Shown piece by piece: positions 10,071 through 18,904 of a DNA stretch of 64,000 nt. Source of the stretch: a bacterium (GTDB taxonomy: Bacteria; Patescibacteriota; Patescibacteriia; Patescibacteriales; UBA12465); contig JAJZRB010000002.1 in NCBI GenBank assembly GCA_021806615.1, positions 54,529-118,528 on the forward strand. Direction: 5' to 3'. Under the pieces are notes generated by a model. It was not told where the DNA came from and did no database searches. It was given only the letters and a program-made list of their open reading frames with translations. The position numbers and the translations under genes were made by a program. Numbering within the stretch: position 1 is the first letter of the stretch; each line of letters begins with the position of its first letter.

Positions 10071-10928
10071 ATGTTTAAGAGATCATATTACCGGAGAATA
10101 AAGAAGGACTATCAGCATAAGAATTTACGTAATCCGTTTTTTCATCGTCCAGAAAAAGGGAAGAGCCGTTTATCTTTTAAATGGCTTATTCCGGCCGTTT
10201 TCGGCCTAGCTATCTTTCTTATCTGGTTTTTTCTGGCCGCCCCTTTTTGGCGTTTGCAGCAGATCCGCGTGAGCGGCCTGACCAGAGTGCCGGACTCTGC
10301 GCTGGAAAATATCATCTGGAGCCAGACGGCCTCTACGCGTTGGCTATTTTTCAAGCAAAGCGATATTTTCTTATTTGATAAGGAGGCGGCGGCTAAGACG
10401 ATATTATCAGATTTTAATTTTGCTGGCGTTGATATCTATAAGATCTGGCCGCATACCCTGGAAATCAAAGTCAGCGAACGTCCGTATGCTTTCATTTTTC
10501 AAGAGGGAAGCCGGCTTTTTTATGCTTCGGCCGACGCTTACTTGATCAAAGAGTCGGCCGTCACTCCGGAAGATCAAAAAAAATATTTTATTTTAGAGAA
10601 TAAGAATCCTAATACTCTAGTCGGAGCGGATAATAAGATAAATATCGACAGCGATTACCTGAATTTTATCCTGAGTTTGAGCCAGCACCTGTCGCTCTAT
10701 GCGGAATTGCCGGTTGAGCGCTTCATAATTGACCAGGAATTCAACACCGTCAAGGTAAAATTCGTGAACGGGCCCCTAGCTTACTTTAACGTTAAAGATG
10801 ATGCGGCTAAGCAAGTCAGCTTGCTGCTGCTTGTCAAAAGGGAAAAAATAAAGGATAATTTCAATAAGACGGATTATATTGACCTGCGCTACGGCGATCG
10901 GATCTTTATTAATCCGGATTTTAAATAA
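10071..10928 (+). CDS. ftsQ: Cell division protein FtsQ/DivIB-like (POTRA domain)
   Basis: Basic N-terminus, a single TM helix (LIPAVFGLAIFLIWFFLAAPF), then a POTRA-like LQQIRVSGLTRVPDSALENII. Sits among cell-wall and division genes (alr, Xer, M23 peptidase). Confidence 0.7.
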   Translation: MFKRSYYRRIKKDYQHKNLRNPFFHRPEKGKSRLSFKWLIPAVFGLAIFLIWFFLAAPFWRLQQIRVSGLTRVPDSALENIIWSQTASTRWLFFKQSDIFLFDKEAAAKTILSDFNFAGVDIYKIWPHTLEIKVSERPYAFIFQEGSRLFYASADAYLIKESAVTPEDQKKYFILENKNPNTLVGADNKINIDSDYLNFILSLSQHLSLYAELPVERFIIDQEFNTVKVKFVNGPLAYFNVKDDAAKQVSLLLLVKREKIKDNFNKTDYIDLRYGDRIFINPDFK

Positions 10929-10936
10929 TAATCGTA

Positions 10937-11076
10937 TGGAAGGGTTTTTTAAATTTTTATTCGTCCTGGCAGTACTGGTTTTCTGCCTGACTGTTATCGG
11001 TATTTTTCTGCTGATCTGCAAGATAGTCTTGATGTTCCAGCCGCAGATAAACTTGATGGGATTGATTATCAGCTAA
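10937..11076 (+). CDS. Possible small hydrophobic peptide (46 aa from ATG 10937)
   Basis: MEGFFKFLFVLAVLVFCLTVIGIFLLICKIVLMF... would form one or two TM helices. There is no convincing Shine-Dalgarno sequence, so this could be non-coding. Confidence 0.25.
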
Positions 11077-11253
11077 TCAGGTTCCGCCGTTTTTAGGGCG
11101 CCTTACGGGGCCCCTTTAGTTTCTATATTTATAGGTATATTAATATACATTATGCGAAGTATTGTAGATTGGAAATCCTAGCAAAAACGCGGATTTTCCG
11201 CTCCTCCCCTTCTATTCTTAAAAAAAATTCTCAAGAATACGGTTCAGATAATA

Positions 11254-11262
11254 TGCTATAAT
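11254..11262 (+). promoter_or_regulatory. Extended -10 promoter element (TGCTATAAT) for the recombinase gene
   Basis: tgctataat lies 6 nt upstream of the ATG at 11269. There is no SD in between. Confidence 0.5.
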
Positions 11263-11268
11263 AAAATC

Positions 11269-12225
11269 ATGGATAAGAATAAGTCGATAATTAAATATTT
11301 GATTGACTTCTTAGACTACTGTGAAGTAGAAAAAGGACTTTCTTCTAAGACCCAAGAAAATTACACCCGTTTTCTTCGCAAGTTTTTTGTCTGGCTCAAG
11401 GATACCGGCCAAGAAGCTCTTAAGCCCTCTTCCCTGACCCCAGAACATATTTGGCAATATAAAGTCTATCTTTCCCGGCATATTGATCCGAAGACCAGGA
11501 AGACCCTTAAGAAGACCACCCAGAATTATTATCTGATCGCCTTGCGTTCCCTTTTGGAGTTTTTCGCCGAAAAGGATATTCCGTGTCTGCCGTCGTCTAA
11601 GATAAAATTAGCGAAAGATAAAGCTGATAAAGAAATAAAGTTCTTGAAGTTGGAGCAGCTATCCCGTCTTTTGAGTGCGCCTCCATTGAGCACGATTATC
11701 GGTCTGCGCGATCGTGCGCTTCTTGAGACCCTGTTCTCGACCGGTCTGCGCGTGGCTGAATTGGCGGCTTTGAATCGCGATCAATTGCGGATAAAGGATG
11801 AAACTCAAGATATTGAGACAGCCGTAATCGGTAAAGGCAGCAAGATCAGGACGGTTTATTTTTCAGATCGGGCGGTTAAGGCTCTGAGGAATTATTTGAA
11901 GGAGCGTAAGGATCTAGACGACGCTTTATTCATAAATTATCGCCGCGGTAGCGCTCAAAGCGCCTCTTCCCGTCGCCTAAGCGTCAAGAGTATAGAAGAT
12001 ATAGTCAAAAAATACGTTAAGATCGCGGGTCTGCCGGTTATGGCGACGCCGCACACCTTGCGCCACTCTTTTGCGACAGACTTGTTGAACCAGGGCGTTG
12101 ATTTAAGGACGGTCCAGGAATTCTTAGGCCACAGCAATATCGCTACGACCCAGATTTATACCCATGTGACTAATAAACAATTAAGGGACATCCATCGCCA
12201 AGTACATGACGGACGGAAATTTTAA
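11269..12225 (+). CDS. Tyrosine recombinase XerC/XerD family
   Basis: N-terminal SAM-like core-binding domain. Catalytic region GLRVAEL...HTLRHSFATDLL...LGHSNIATTQIYTHV (the R-H-R-Y signature). Confidence 0.9.
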   Translation: MDKNKSIIKYLIDFLDYCEVEKGLSSKTQENYTRFLRKFFVWLKDTGQEALKPSSLTPEHIWQYKVYLSRHIDPKTRKTLKKTTQNYYLIALRSLLEFFAEKDIPCLPSSKIKLAKDKADKEIKFLKLEQLSRLLSAPPLSTIIGLRDRALLETLFSTGLRVAELAALNRDQLRIKDETQDIETAVIGKGSKIRTVYFSDRAVKALRNYLKERKDLDDALFINYRRGSAQSASSRRLSVKSIEDIVKKYVKIAGLPVMATPHTLRHSFATDLLNQGVDLRTVQEFLGHSNIATTQIYTHVTNKQLRDIHRQVHDGRKF

Positions 12226-12232
12226 GGATTCC

Positions 12233-12258
12233 AAAAACCCGGTATACGCCGGGTTTTT
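12233..12258. terminator. Bidirectional rho-independent terminator between convergent genes
   Basis: Perfect 10-bp stem aaaaacccgg / ccgggttttt with loop tatacg. The A-run and T-run flanks allow function on both strands. Confidence 0.85.
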
Positions 12259-12278
12259 TCTTGGATATTGTCTCAATT

Positions 12279-13520
12279 TTAGGGCAAATAAACCTCTGGA
12301 TCGACCGGCAGGCCGTTCAGGCGCACTTCAAAGTGCAAATGAGGCCCGGTCGTAAAAGGTCCGGCGCCGATCGTCCCTGGGGTCGCTCCAGTTCTTCCTA
12401 TCGGTTGTCCTTGGGTGACGTATTGGTCGGCTATGACATAAACCGCGGAAACATGGCCGTAAACCGTGGCTAAGCCGTTGCCATGGATGATCATGATATA
12501 AGCATAGTTTTTTGTCCCGTCGAATTTTACTTTTGCGACATAACCGTCAGCGGCCGCGACAATGGTCGTCCCCTGCTTGGCCCTGATATCTAGACCAGAG
12601 TGTTCGCCGATAATCTTACGATAAGGGTAATCAGGATCATGGAATTTCGTGACTATGTATTGGCTCGGTACCGGCCAGATGATAGTATTGTTACCATGAT
12701 TCAGGCGCTCACGGTCCTTTTCCGACATTTTCTGCCTGATGAGTTGTTCGGCGCTGGCTATCTCCGCCTCGGTCTGCTGCTGTTCTTTCTTGGCCTGCTG
12801 CAATAGGGCTTGGAATTGCTGCTCGGAAGACTTCGTCTCTAAAAGTAGGTTGTTCTTATTGTCTTGCTCGTAAGCCAGATTATCTTTTTTGTCTTGCAGC
12901 TGCTTTTTCAAGGATAAGAGCTCGGAGTTCTTCTGGTCCAAACTGATTTTATTCTGCTCCAATTGGTCTTTAGCCCGTTTCAGGTCTTCTACGCTGCGGC
13001 CGATTTCTTTGTTAGTATCCTGTAAATATTTAGCCTGGTTCAAGAATTCGGTCAGCGAATTATTAAGAAGCAGTATCTCTAGGGTGGAAGCCTGGTCCTG
13101 CTTGTACATGGTGCGCAGTAGATTGGCGATATGTTGTTTCTGGGTTTCTATCTGTTCGTCTAGGTTGTCGCTGTCAACCTCGATTTTTTTTATCTCTAAA
13201 TTAGTCTTGTCTATTTCCAGATTGACGCCGTCAATATCTAGCTGCGCTTGCGCCAGCTTATCTTCCAGGATGGATAATTGGTTGCTGAGGCTGACGCGGT
13301 CCCGCCTTTTAGCTTCAATCTGCACCTGATATTGTTGTTGCCGCGCCCTCAAGCTCTCTAGTTGCTGTTTCTGGTTCTGGATTTTCAGATTAAGATCGCT
13401 AATCTCCTGATCAAGGCCGCCATTAACTACGGCCACGGATTGATGGCAGGAAAAAGCGACAAGCAATAAGGCCGACGATAATATAAATATTTTAAGCTTC
13501 CCTATCTTTTTATAATTCAT
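12279..13520 (-). CDS. M23 family metallopeptidase with long N-terminal coiled coil (EnvC-like)
   Basis: Signal/anchor sequence, then about 250 aa of Q/E/K/L-rich heptad-like sequence. The LytM domain follows: HSGLDI...GYV...IIHGNGLATVYGH...GPHLHFEV. Confidence 0.9.
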   Translation of the reverse strand: MNYKKIGKLKIFILSSALLLVAFSCHQSVAVVNGGLDQEISDLNLKIQNQKQQLESLRARQQQYQVQIEAKRRDRVSLSNQLSILEDKLAQAQLDIDGVNLEIDKTNLEIKKIEVDSDNLDEQIETQKQHIANLLRTMYKQDQASTLEILLLNNSLTEFLNQAKYLQDTNKEIGRSVEDLKRAKDQLEQNKISLDQKNSELLSLKKQLQDKKDNLAYEQDNKNNLLLETKSSEQQFQALLQQAKKEQQQTEAEIASAEQLIRQKMSEKDRERLNHGNNTIIWPVPSQYIVTKFHDPDYPYRKIIGEHSGLDIRAKQGTTIVAAADGYVAKVKFDGTKNYAYIMIIHGNGLATVYGHVSAVYVIADQYVTQGQPIGRTGATPGTIGAGPFTTGPHLHFEVRLNGLPVDPEVYLP

Positions 13521-13581
13521 AGCTCTATTATAACATTTTTCTTAATTTCTGTAAATTAGAATAAATATTATCTAATATCAG

Positions 13582-15048
13582 CTAAATTCGTAGCTTATAA
13601 GCGTTATTGAGACGCTTTAAGCTTTCCTCTCGGCCCAAGGCGCCAGCCACCTCAAATGGTCCGGGACTATTTTTAAGGCCGGTTAAAGAAACGCGCAGCG
13701 GCCAGAGATAATCGCCGTTTTTGTAATCGTGGTTCTTTATCCAGGCTAAGATGGTCTTCTCTAAATATTCTGTCGCCCAATCTTCAGAGTTTATCTTCTC
13801 TAGTTCATCCCGTATATTTTTCAGATTAGCGAGCGCCTCCTCCAGGCTCAGGGTTTTCCAGCGCAGGAGCTCAGGCTCATAGGTAGGCGGAGTGAAAAGA
13901 AAATTAGTGAGTTCGGCGATATCGCTCAATTTTTTTAAACGGTCTTGGGCTAGGCTGACAAATTTTTCCAATTGTTCAGGACTCGCCGCTTTAAGCCCGG
14001 CCTCTGAGAGGTAAGGAGCGCATAGAGACGCTAATTCTTTATTATTTTTTTGCCGGATATAATAACCATTATAGTAATCCAGCTTATCGACATCGAAGAC
14101 GGCCGGACTGGCGCCCATGCCCTCCAAGGAAAAGCCGCTTGTCAATTCCTTAAGAGACCAGATTTCCTGGTCGCTCTTAGGATGCCAGCCGAGAAGCGCG
14201 CAGAAGTTGATCAAGGCTTCCGGCAGATAGCCTTTATCTAGATAATCTTCTACGAAAACATCGCCTCGGCGCTTGCTTAATTTACCCCCGCCCTCTTTAT
14301 TCAGGATAAGAGGCATATGGATGAATTTCGGCGGCGTCCAGCCGAAATCTTGATAAAGCAAGAAATTTTTCGGGTATGACGGCAGCCATTCTACGGCGCG
14401 CGTTACGTGGGAAATTTCCATTAAATGGTCATCAATGACGTTGGCGAACTGGTAAGTCGGTATGCCGTTAGATTTGATAAGGACATGGTCATCAAGATCG
14501 GCCGCCGGAAATCTGATATCGCCGCGCAGTTCATCGCGGACAGTAACTTCTCCGCTCAGAGGCATCTTCTGTCGGATGACAAATTGTTCGCCGGCTTTTA
14601 TCTTGGCCTCTATTTCTTCCTCTTTCAGATTGCGGCAGAGTCGGTCGTAGCGCGGTGCCTTTTTTTCAGCTTCTTGCGCTTCCCTCATTTTTGTCAGACG
14701 TTCGGCCGAGCAGAAACAGCGATAGGCCCTGCCTTCTTCTAATAATCGGTCGCTATATCTTTTATAGATATCCAGACGTTCGCTCTGTATATAGGGGCCG
14801 TATTGGCCGCCCAGGTGCGGTCCTTCGTCGAATTCCAGGCCCATTATCTTGAGGATTCTTATCAGGCTGTCCGTCGCACCGGCCACTTCTCTTTTCTGGT
14901 CCGTATCCTCGACGCGCAGGATGAATTCCCCGCCCCAGTTTTTAGCGAGCAAGTAGCCGAATAAGGCGGAGCGCAAGCTGCCGATATGCAAGAAGCCGGT
15001 CGGTGACGGGGCGAAGCGCAGGCGGATTTTGTTTTTTAGGGGAGGCAT
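13582..15048 (-). CDS. gltX: Glutamyl-tRNA synthetase
   Basis: RFAPSPTGFLHIGSLRSALF (HIGH motif) and KLSKR (KMSKS motif). Class I GluRS architecture. Confidence 0.95.
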   Translation of the reverse strand: MPPLKNKIRLRFAPSPTGFLHIGSLRSALFGYLLAKNWGGEFILRVEDTDQKREVAGATDSLIRILKIMGLEFDEGPHLGGQYGPYIQSERLDIYKRYSDRLLEEGRAYRCFCSAERLTKMREAQEAEKKAPRYDRLCRNLKEEEIEAKIKAGEQFVIRQKMPLSGEVTVRDELRGDIRFPAADLDDHVLIKSNGIPTYQFANVIDDHLMEISHVTRAVEWLPSYPKNFLLYQDFGWTPPKFIHMPLILNKEGGGKLSKRRGDVFVEDYLDKGYLPEALINFCALLGWHPKSDQEIWSLKELTSGFSLEGMGASPAVFDVDKLDYYNGYYIRQKNNKELASLCAPYLSEAGLKAASPEQLEKFVSLAQDRLKKLSDIAELTNFLFTPPTYEPELLRWKTLSLEEALANLKNIRDELEKINSEDWATEYLEKTILAWIKNHDYKNGDYLWPLRVSLTGLKNSPGPFEVAGALGREESLKRLNNAYKLRI

Positions 15049-15087
15049 ATATTATTAGTCCGCTCTATGGCGGAATTATTTATTGAT

Positions 15088-16323
15088 TTAATCTTTTTCT
15101 AGGTCCAAAGATCGGAATTTATCCAGAAAAATTTTCGTTCCCGCTTGGCGTACGTGGTGTATCTCCTCTACCAGGCGATCGGCATCGACCCATTTCCAAG
15201 CCGTATGGTCCCAGAAGTTTATTCTTATTTCCTCGTCTTTCCCCAGGAACTCCGCGATATATAAGCTTTGATTCTGCCCTTTGTAGTCATATCTATATTT
15301 CTTGGATTCGTAAACATGCCGTTGCGGCGTAGCGCCGCGATAAGCCTGTTTGCCGTTTTCGCTGTTGAATTCATAGCGATGAAGATTCTTGAAAGTCGCT
15401 CTGGTAAAGAAATTTTTAACTCCGGTTTCTTCTCTCAGTTCTCTGGCTCCGGCCGTAGCGACATCTTCGCCGTCCCGCCCCCCTTGCGGCATCTGCCAAT
15501 GGCTCGGGTCGTCTTCCCGGCTCACGAGGAGAATCTTTATCAGGCCGTTTTCTCTTTTATATAGCAGGCAAGCGACGTTAGCCCGGTATAGATAAGTGTT
15601 TATGAAACGGGCTTTTATCATCTTCGCGGAAAAGACGAAGACGGCGTCATAAATGCGGCGCCAGCGTTTCGGCTGCCTAATCAGGCGCCAGAGCCACTCT
15701 AAGCCGATAAGCCGCAGGAGGCGCGGCGCCCGCTTGGCTTTTCCGCTTATAAAGTCAAACGCGCCGCCGACCCCCAGTCCGATCCGAACCGTCGGCAGAT
15801 ATTTGAGATTATGGAATAAAATCTTCTCTTGATAAGGAAATCCAATATTAGTGAATAGGATCTCCGGCCCGAACGCCAGTATTTTATCCCGGTCGGTCTC
15901 AGTTAATAATTTAACGCGGTCGATATCCAAGACGGAAAAATCTAAGCCGGCGAATTTCTTTTCCAGAGCCTCTCTGATTTCAGAGGAACTGGACAGTCCG
16001 GCGTGCCAATTAAGGAGCATGACCTTTATTTTTTCTCGTCTCGCCAGCTCTAAGACCTTGATACTCAGGTCGGCGCCGGTCAGGCGGGGGATTTTTTCGC
16101 CGATGAGTAAGCCCGCCAATTTAAGGCCGAAGCCATCGGCAACAGCCAAGTCGGCTTTATTAAGGATATAAAACAATTCCTCATCTTTATGGGCGCATAA
16201 GATTATTTCCGGATTAGGCGTGACGATATAATGCTGGCCGCCGTCATTTAAAAAATCGCTGATCTTTTTCAAGACCGCGTCTTCTGATAAGGCGCTCAGA
16301 TTTATTCCCAAAATATTAGCCAT
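15088..16323 (-). CDS. Fusion protein: WecG/TagA/CpsF-family glycosyltransferase (N) plus NUDIX hydrolase (C)
   Basis: The N-terminal roughly 235 aa match the TagA/WecG pattern (IVTPNPEII...ADLAVADGFGL...). The C-terminus carries a complete Nudix box GGRDGEDVATAGARELREETGV. Confidence 0.8.
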   Translation of the reverse strand: MANILGINLSALSEDAVLKKISDFLNDGGQHYIVTPNPEIILCAHKDEELFYILNKADLAVADGFGLKLAGLLIGEKIPRLTGADLSIKVLELARREKIKVMLLNWHAGLSSSSEIREALEKKFAGLDFSVLDIDRVKLLTETDRDKILAFGPEILFTNIGFPYQEKILFHNLKYLPTVRIGLGVGGAFDFISGKAKRAPRLLRLIGLEWLWRLIRQPKRWRRIYDAVFVFSAKMIKARFINTYLYRANVACLLYKRENGLIKILLVSREDDPSHWQMPQGGRDGEDVATAGARELREETGVKNFFTRATFKNLHRYEFNSENGKQAYRGATPQRHVYESKKYRYDYKGQNQSLYIAEFLGKDEEIRINFWDHTAWKWVDADRLVEEIHHVRQAGTKIFLDKFRSLDLEKD

Positions 16324-16391
16324 ATGTTATAATATTGACAACTTCATTTTATTATAAAATTTGCCTTAAGTCAAAGCAAATTTTTCTATCT

Positions 16392-17354
16392 ATGGCTAAT
16401 TATAAAAAGATCAGCGACCGGATCGAAGAGCTTAAGATCGACAATCCGAAGACCGCTCCGCTTTTGCGCTGGGTCAATATCGTCAACGCCGGAAAAAACG
16501 AAATTGACTATTTGCGGAAGAATTATAATTTTGACTTAGCTCACCTGAAGGTCGCGGCTGCTTCCGTCTCTTTCCAGCGGCCGGTGATTTTCAAGGGTTC
16601 TGATTATCTATGCCTGGTCTTGCATTTCCCGACCTTTAAAGATGATAAGATCATCGCCGGCGAGATTGATTTTTTTGTCGGCCACGGTTTCCTGATCACG
16701 GCTCATAACAATAATCTGAAAGCTTTGGCGAATTTTTTTAACCTAGGCAAGAAGAGCCCGGATTCCCTGCTTTCCTATTCCCTGGAGTCATCGGCTATCT
16801 TATTATATGAAATCCTGGGGCATCTGATTGATAGTTGCTATTTGCTTTTGGATGAGAACAGCTTGAAAATAAATGAGATTGAAGATCTGATTTTTTCCGG
16901 CAAACAGCAGGAAGCGGTGAGGCAGATCCTGACTCTGCGCCGCAATATCGTCAATATCCGGAAAATAATGCAGAACCATAAGAATATCCTGCAAAAGCTT
17001 TTAGAGATGGAAAGCAGCTTGGTAGAGAAAGCCGCCATTAAAAAATATTATGCCGACCTGGTAGACCACTCCAAGCGGATCTGGGAGATGCTTGATAATC
17101 AGAAGGAAATGGTGGAAGTTCTGAATAACACCAACGAGTCTCTCCTTAATGACCGGATGACAGACATCATGAAGACCCTGACTATTTTTTCAGTCATCGT
17201 CTTCCCGTTGACGCTTTTAGCCGCTATTTTCGGCATGAACGCTAAATATATGCCTTTTGTAGATAGCCCCTATGGATTCTGGATAATTCTCGGCTTCATG
17301 CTTCTCTGTTCCTTGGGTATGTTGCTATTTTTCGAGAGGAAAAAATGGTTATAG
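16392..17354 (+). CDS. corA: Magnesium/cobalt transporter CorA
   Basis: C-terminal two TM helices with the GMN signature (IFGMNAKYMP). I prefer ATG 16392 (MANYKK...) because the track's TTG at 16335 lies in a TTGACA-like hexamer. A TGTTATAAT extended -10 sits at 16325-16333. Confidence 0.85.
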   Translation: MANYKKISDRIEELKIDNPKTAPLLRWVNIVNAGKNEIDYLRKNYNFDLAHLKVAAASVSFQRPVIFKGSDYLCLVLHFPTFKDDKIIAGEIDFFVGHGFLITAHNNNLKALANFFNLGKKSPDSLLSYSLESSAILLYEILGHLIDSCYLLLDENSLKINEIEDLIFSGKQQEAVRQILTLRRNIVNIRKIMQNHKNILQKLLEMESSLVEKAAIKKYYADLVDHSKRIWEMLDNQKEMVEVLNNTNESLLNDRMTDIMKTLTIFSVIVFPLTLLAAIFGMNAKYMPFVDSPYGFWIILGFMLLCSLGMLLFFERKKWL

Positions 17355-17389
17355 TCAGTATTCTTCAAAAATTTTAAAAATAATGTTTT

Positions 17390-17419
17390 AAAAATCCGCG
17401 TGGAAGCGGATTTTTTTGT
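17390..17419 (+). terminator. Rho-independent terminator after corA
   Basis: Stem aaatccgc / gcggattt with loop gtggaa, followed by a T-run. Confidence 0.8.
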
Positions 17420-17476
17420 TTTTATATTATATCTAATTTTAGCAATTTTTTAGACTAGTTATTTTTAGAATTTAAG

Positions 17477-17505
17477 TTGACAAATATTGAAATATATATT
17501 AAAAT
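17477..17505 (+). promoter_or_regulatory. Sigma70-type promoter of the lipoprotein gene
   Basis: TTGACA (17477-17482), a 17-nt spacer, then TAAAAT (17500-17505). GAGG SD at 17573-17576 ahead of ATG 17584. Confidence 0.6.
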
Positions 17506-17583
17506 TATAAGTCATATTATAAAAAGTATTTTTAACAAATAATGTATCAAAGATATATTCATCAACCAAAATGAGGTAATCAC

Positions 17584-18840
17584 ATGAAAAAGCTCAGTGT
17601 TCTTGCTCTGGTTCTTATAGCCGTAATTATCGGCGGATGCGAAACCATAGTTGCTCCGCCAGAAGTCGTAGATTATACCCCTTCCCATCAGTTGGGGAAG
17701 ATAGCTATAAAAGCTACTACGTCCAATACGCAGCAGAATTTGAATGCTAACGGTCAGATCGACGTTCCTTATGGGACAGTTTTGATCCTGGAAGCAGTGC
17801 CGGTAGACACGTCTCTACATATCGTCAACTGGCAATGGCAATTTCCGGACGGCTCCGCAAGTGGCAAATATGCTATGTATACCACTAAGGCCGCCCCTGG
17901 CAGCGTTATCCCCATCAAGCTTATTGGCATAGACTCGAAAAACGTCAGTTACGAAAGCACGGCTTCTATAAACATATCCTGGAACATAACCGGGAATAAT
18001 CTGGTCGTGCTCATGTCCGCTAAGATGGAGTCTAACGGCAGCGGGACGATCGTATTCGCTATTAGCAAGGAAAGGATAAAGAGGTTGGCCCCTCCCCCTT
18101 ACTTTATAAAAGGAACGGTTAATTCTTGGACGAAGGTCAATATTCCTGATGCCGATTCCGCTTACAGCTTCATCGGCGGCGTCCTAGTGTCCGATCCTAA
18201 CGGCCTATATGTAAAAGTGACTGTCAATCATATGCCCGGCAACCAACAATTCGGTTTTGGAAAGATCGATAGCCATGGCGCGGAGCTTTGGGAAAATTTC
18301 CAGGGCTCGCCCTATGTGGATTCGACGAATTATACTTTATTGAAGTATAATCTGTCGTCTAACGCCATCGTCACTCCAGGCGGAACTACCCAGCCGAATA
18401 ATGCGGTCTCACCAGGATTGCTCGGCGATCAAGGCGAAAAGTGGGTTTTTAATCTTACGCCCGATGACCCGAAAATCACATTGTTCGTCAACAATTTTCT
18501 GCCCTTCTCAGCTATCAAGCCATTCATGTCTTTCATGGACTCCAGCGGCCGCTATGTAAATAATATTTCCGAAACCGCTGTCACTGGTTTTCCGAACGCC
18601 GGCTTGATCCAGGTCAATTATTCTGCTTTGCCAATGAATAAAATGGTCGCCCTTAAATTCGGTAAGGACATATCCTACCCCACCAGCTACTCGGATACCA
18701 CCATGTCCAAATCCTCTTTCTATAATCAGGAATACCGTGATATCCGTTTCGTCCTTGTCCCGGTTCTAGGGAAAAGCAGCGACGGGAAAAATGTTAAGAA
18801 ATTTAGTATCAGGCCGGCTATTAAAGGCATTGATTACTAA
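17584..18840 (+). CDS. Lipoprotein with PKD-like N-terminal domain, function unknown
   Basis: Lipobox VIIGGC. PKD-like VNWQWQFPDGSASG. Monocistronic: own promoter and terminators on both sides. Confidence 0.7.
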   Translation: MKKLSVLALVLIAVIIGGCETIVAPPEVVDYTPSHQLGKIAIKATTSNTQQNLNANGQIDVPYGTVLILEAVPVDTSLHIVNWQWQFPDGSASGKYAMYTTKAAPGSVIPIKLIGIDSKNVSYESTASINISWNITGNNLVVLMSAKMESNGSGTIVFAISKERIKRLAPPPYFIKGTVNSWTKVNIPDADSAYSFIGGVLVSDPNGLYVKVTVNHMPGNQQFGFGKIDSHGAELWENFQGSPYVDSTNYTLLKYNLSSNAIVTPGGTTQPNNAVSPGLLGDQGEKWVFNLTPDDPKITLFVNNFLPFSAIKPFMSFMDSSGRYVNNISETAVTGFPNAGLIQVNYSALPMNKMVALKFGKDISYPTSYSDTTMSKSSFYNQEYRDIRFVLVPVLGKSSDGKNVKKFSIRPAIKGIDY

Positions 18841-18853
18841 AATCATTACAAAA

Positions 18854-18876
18854 AGGCCATCAATGAATGATGGCCT
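18854..18876. terminator. Bidirectional terminator between convergent genes
   Basis: Perfect 9-bp stem aggccatca / tgatggcct with loop atgaa. An A-run lies upstream and a T-rich tract downstream. Confidence 0.8.
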
Positions 18877-18904
18877 GTTTTATTTTAAGAATCATCGATG
18901 TCCT

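Noticed and set aside
11077-12260. Tyrosine recombinase as a marker of an integrated mobile element or prophage
   Set aside because: The gene has the XerC/D-type sequence. It is flanked by alr, ftsQ and an EnvC-like peptidase. No direct repeats, att-like duplications, tRNA target or cargo genes are visible. It is most likely the housekeeping chromosome-dimer resolvase.
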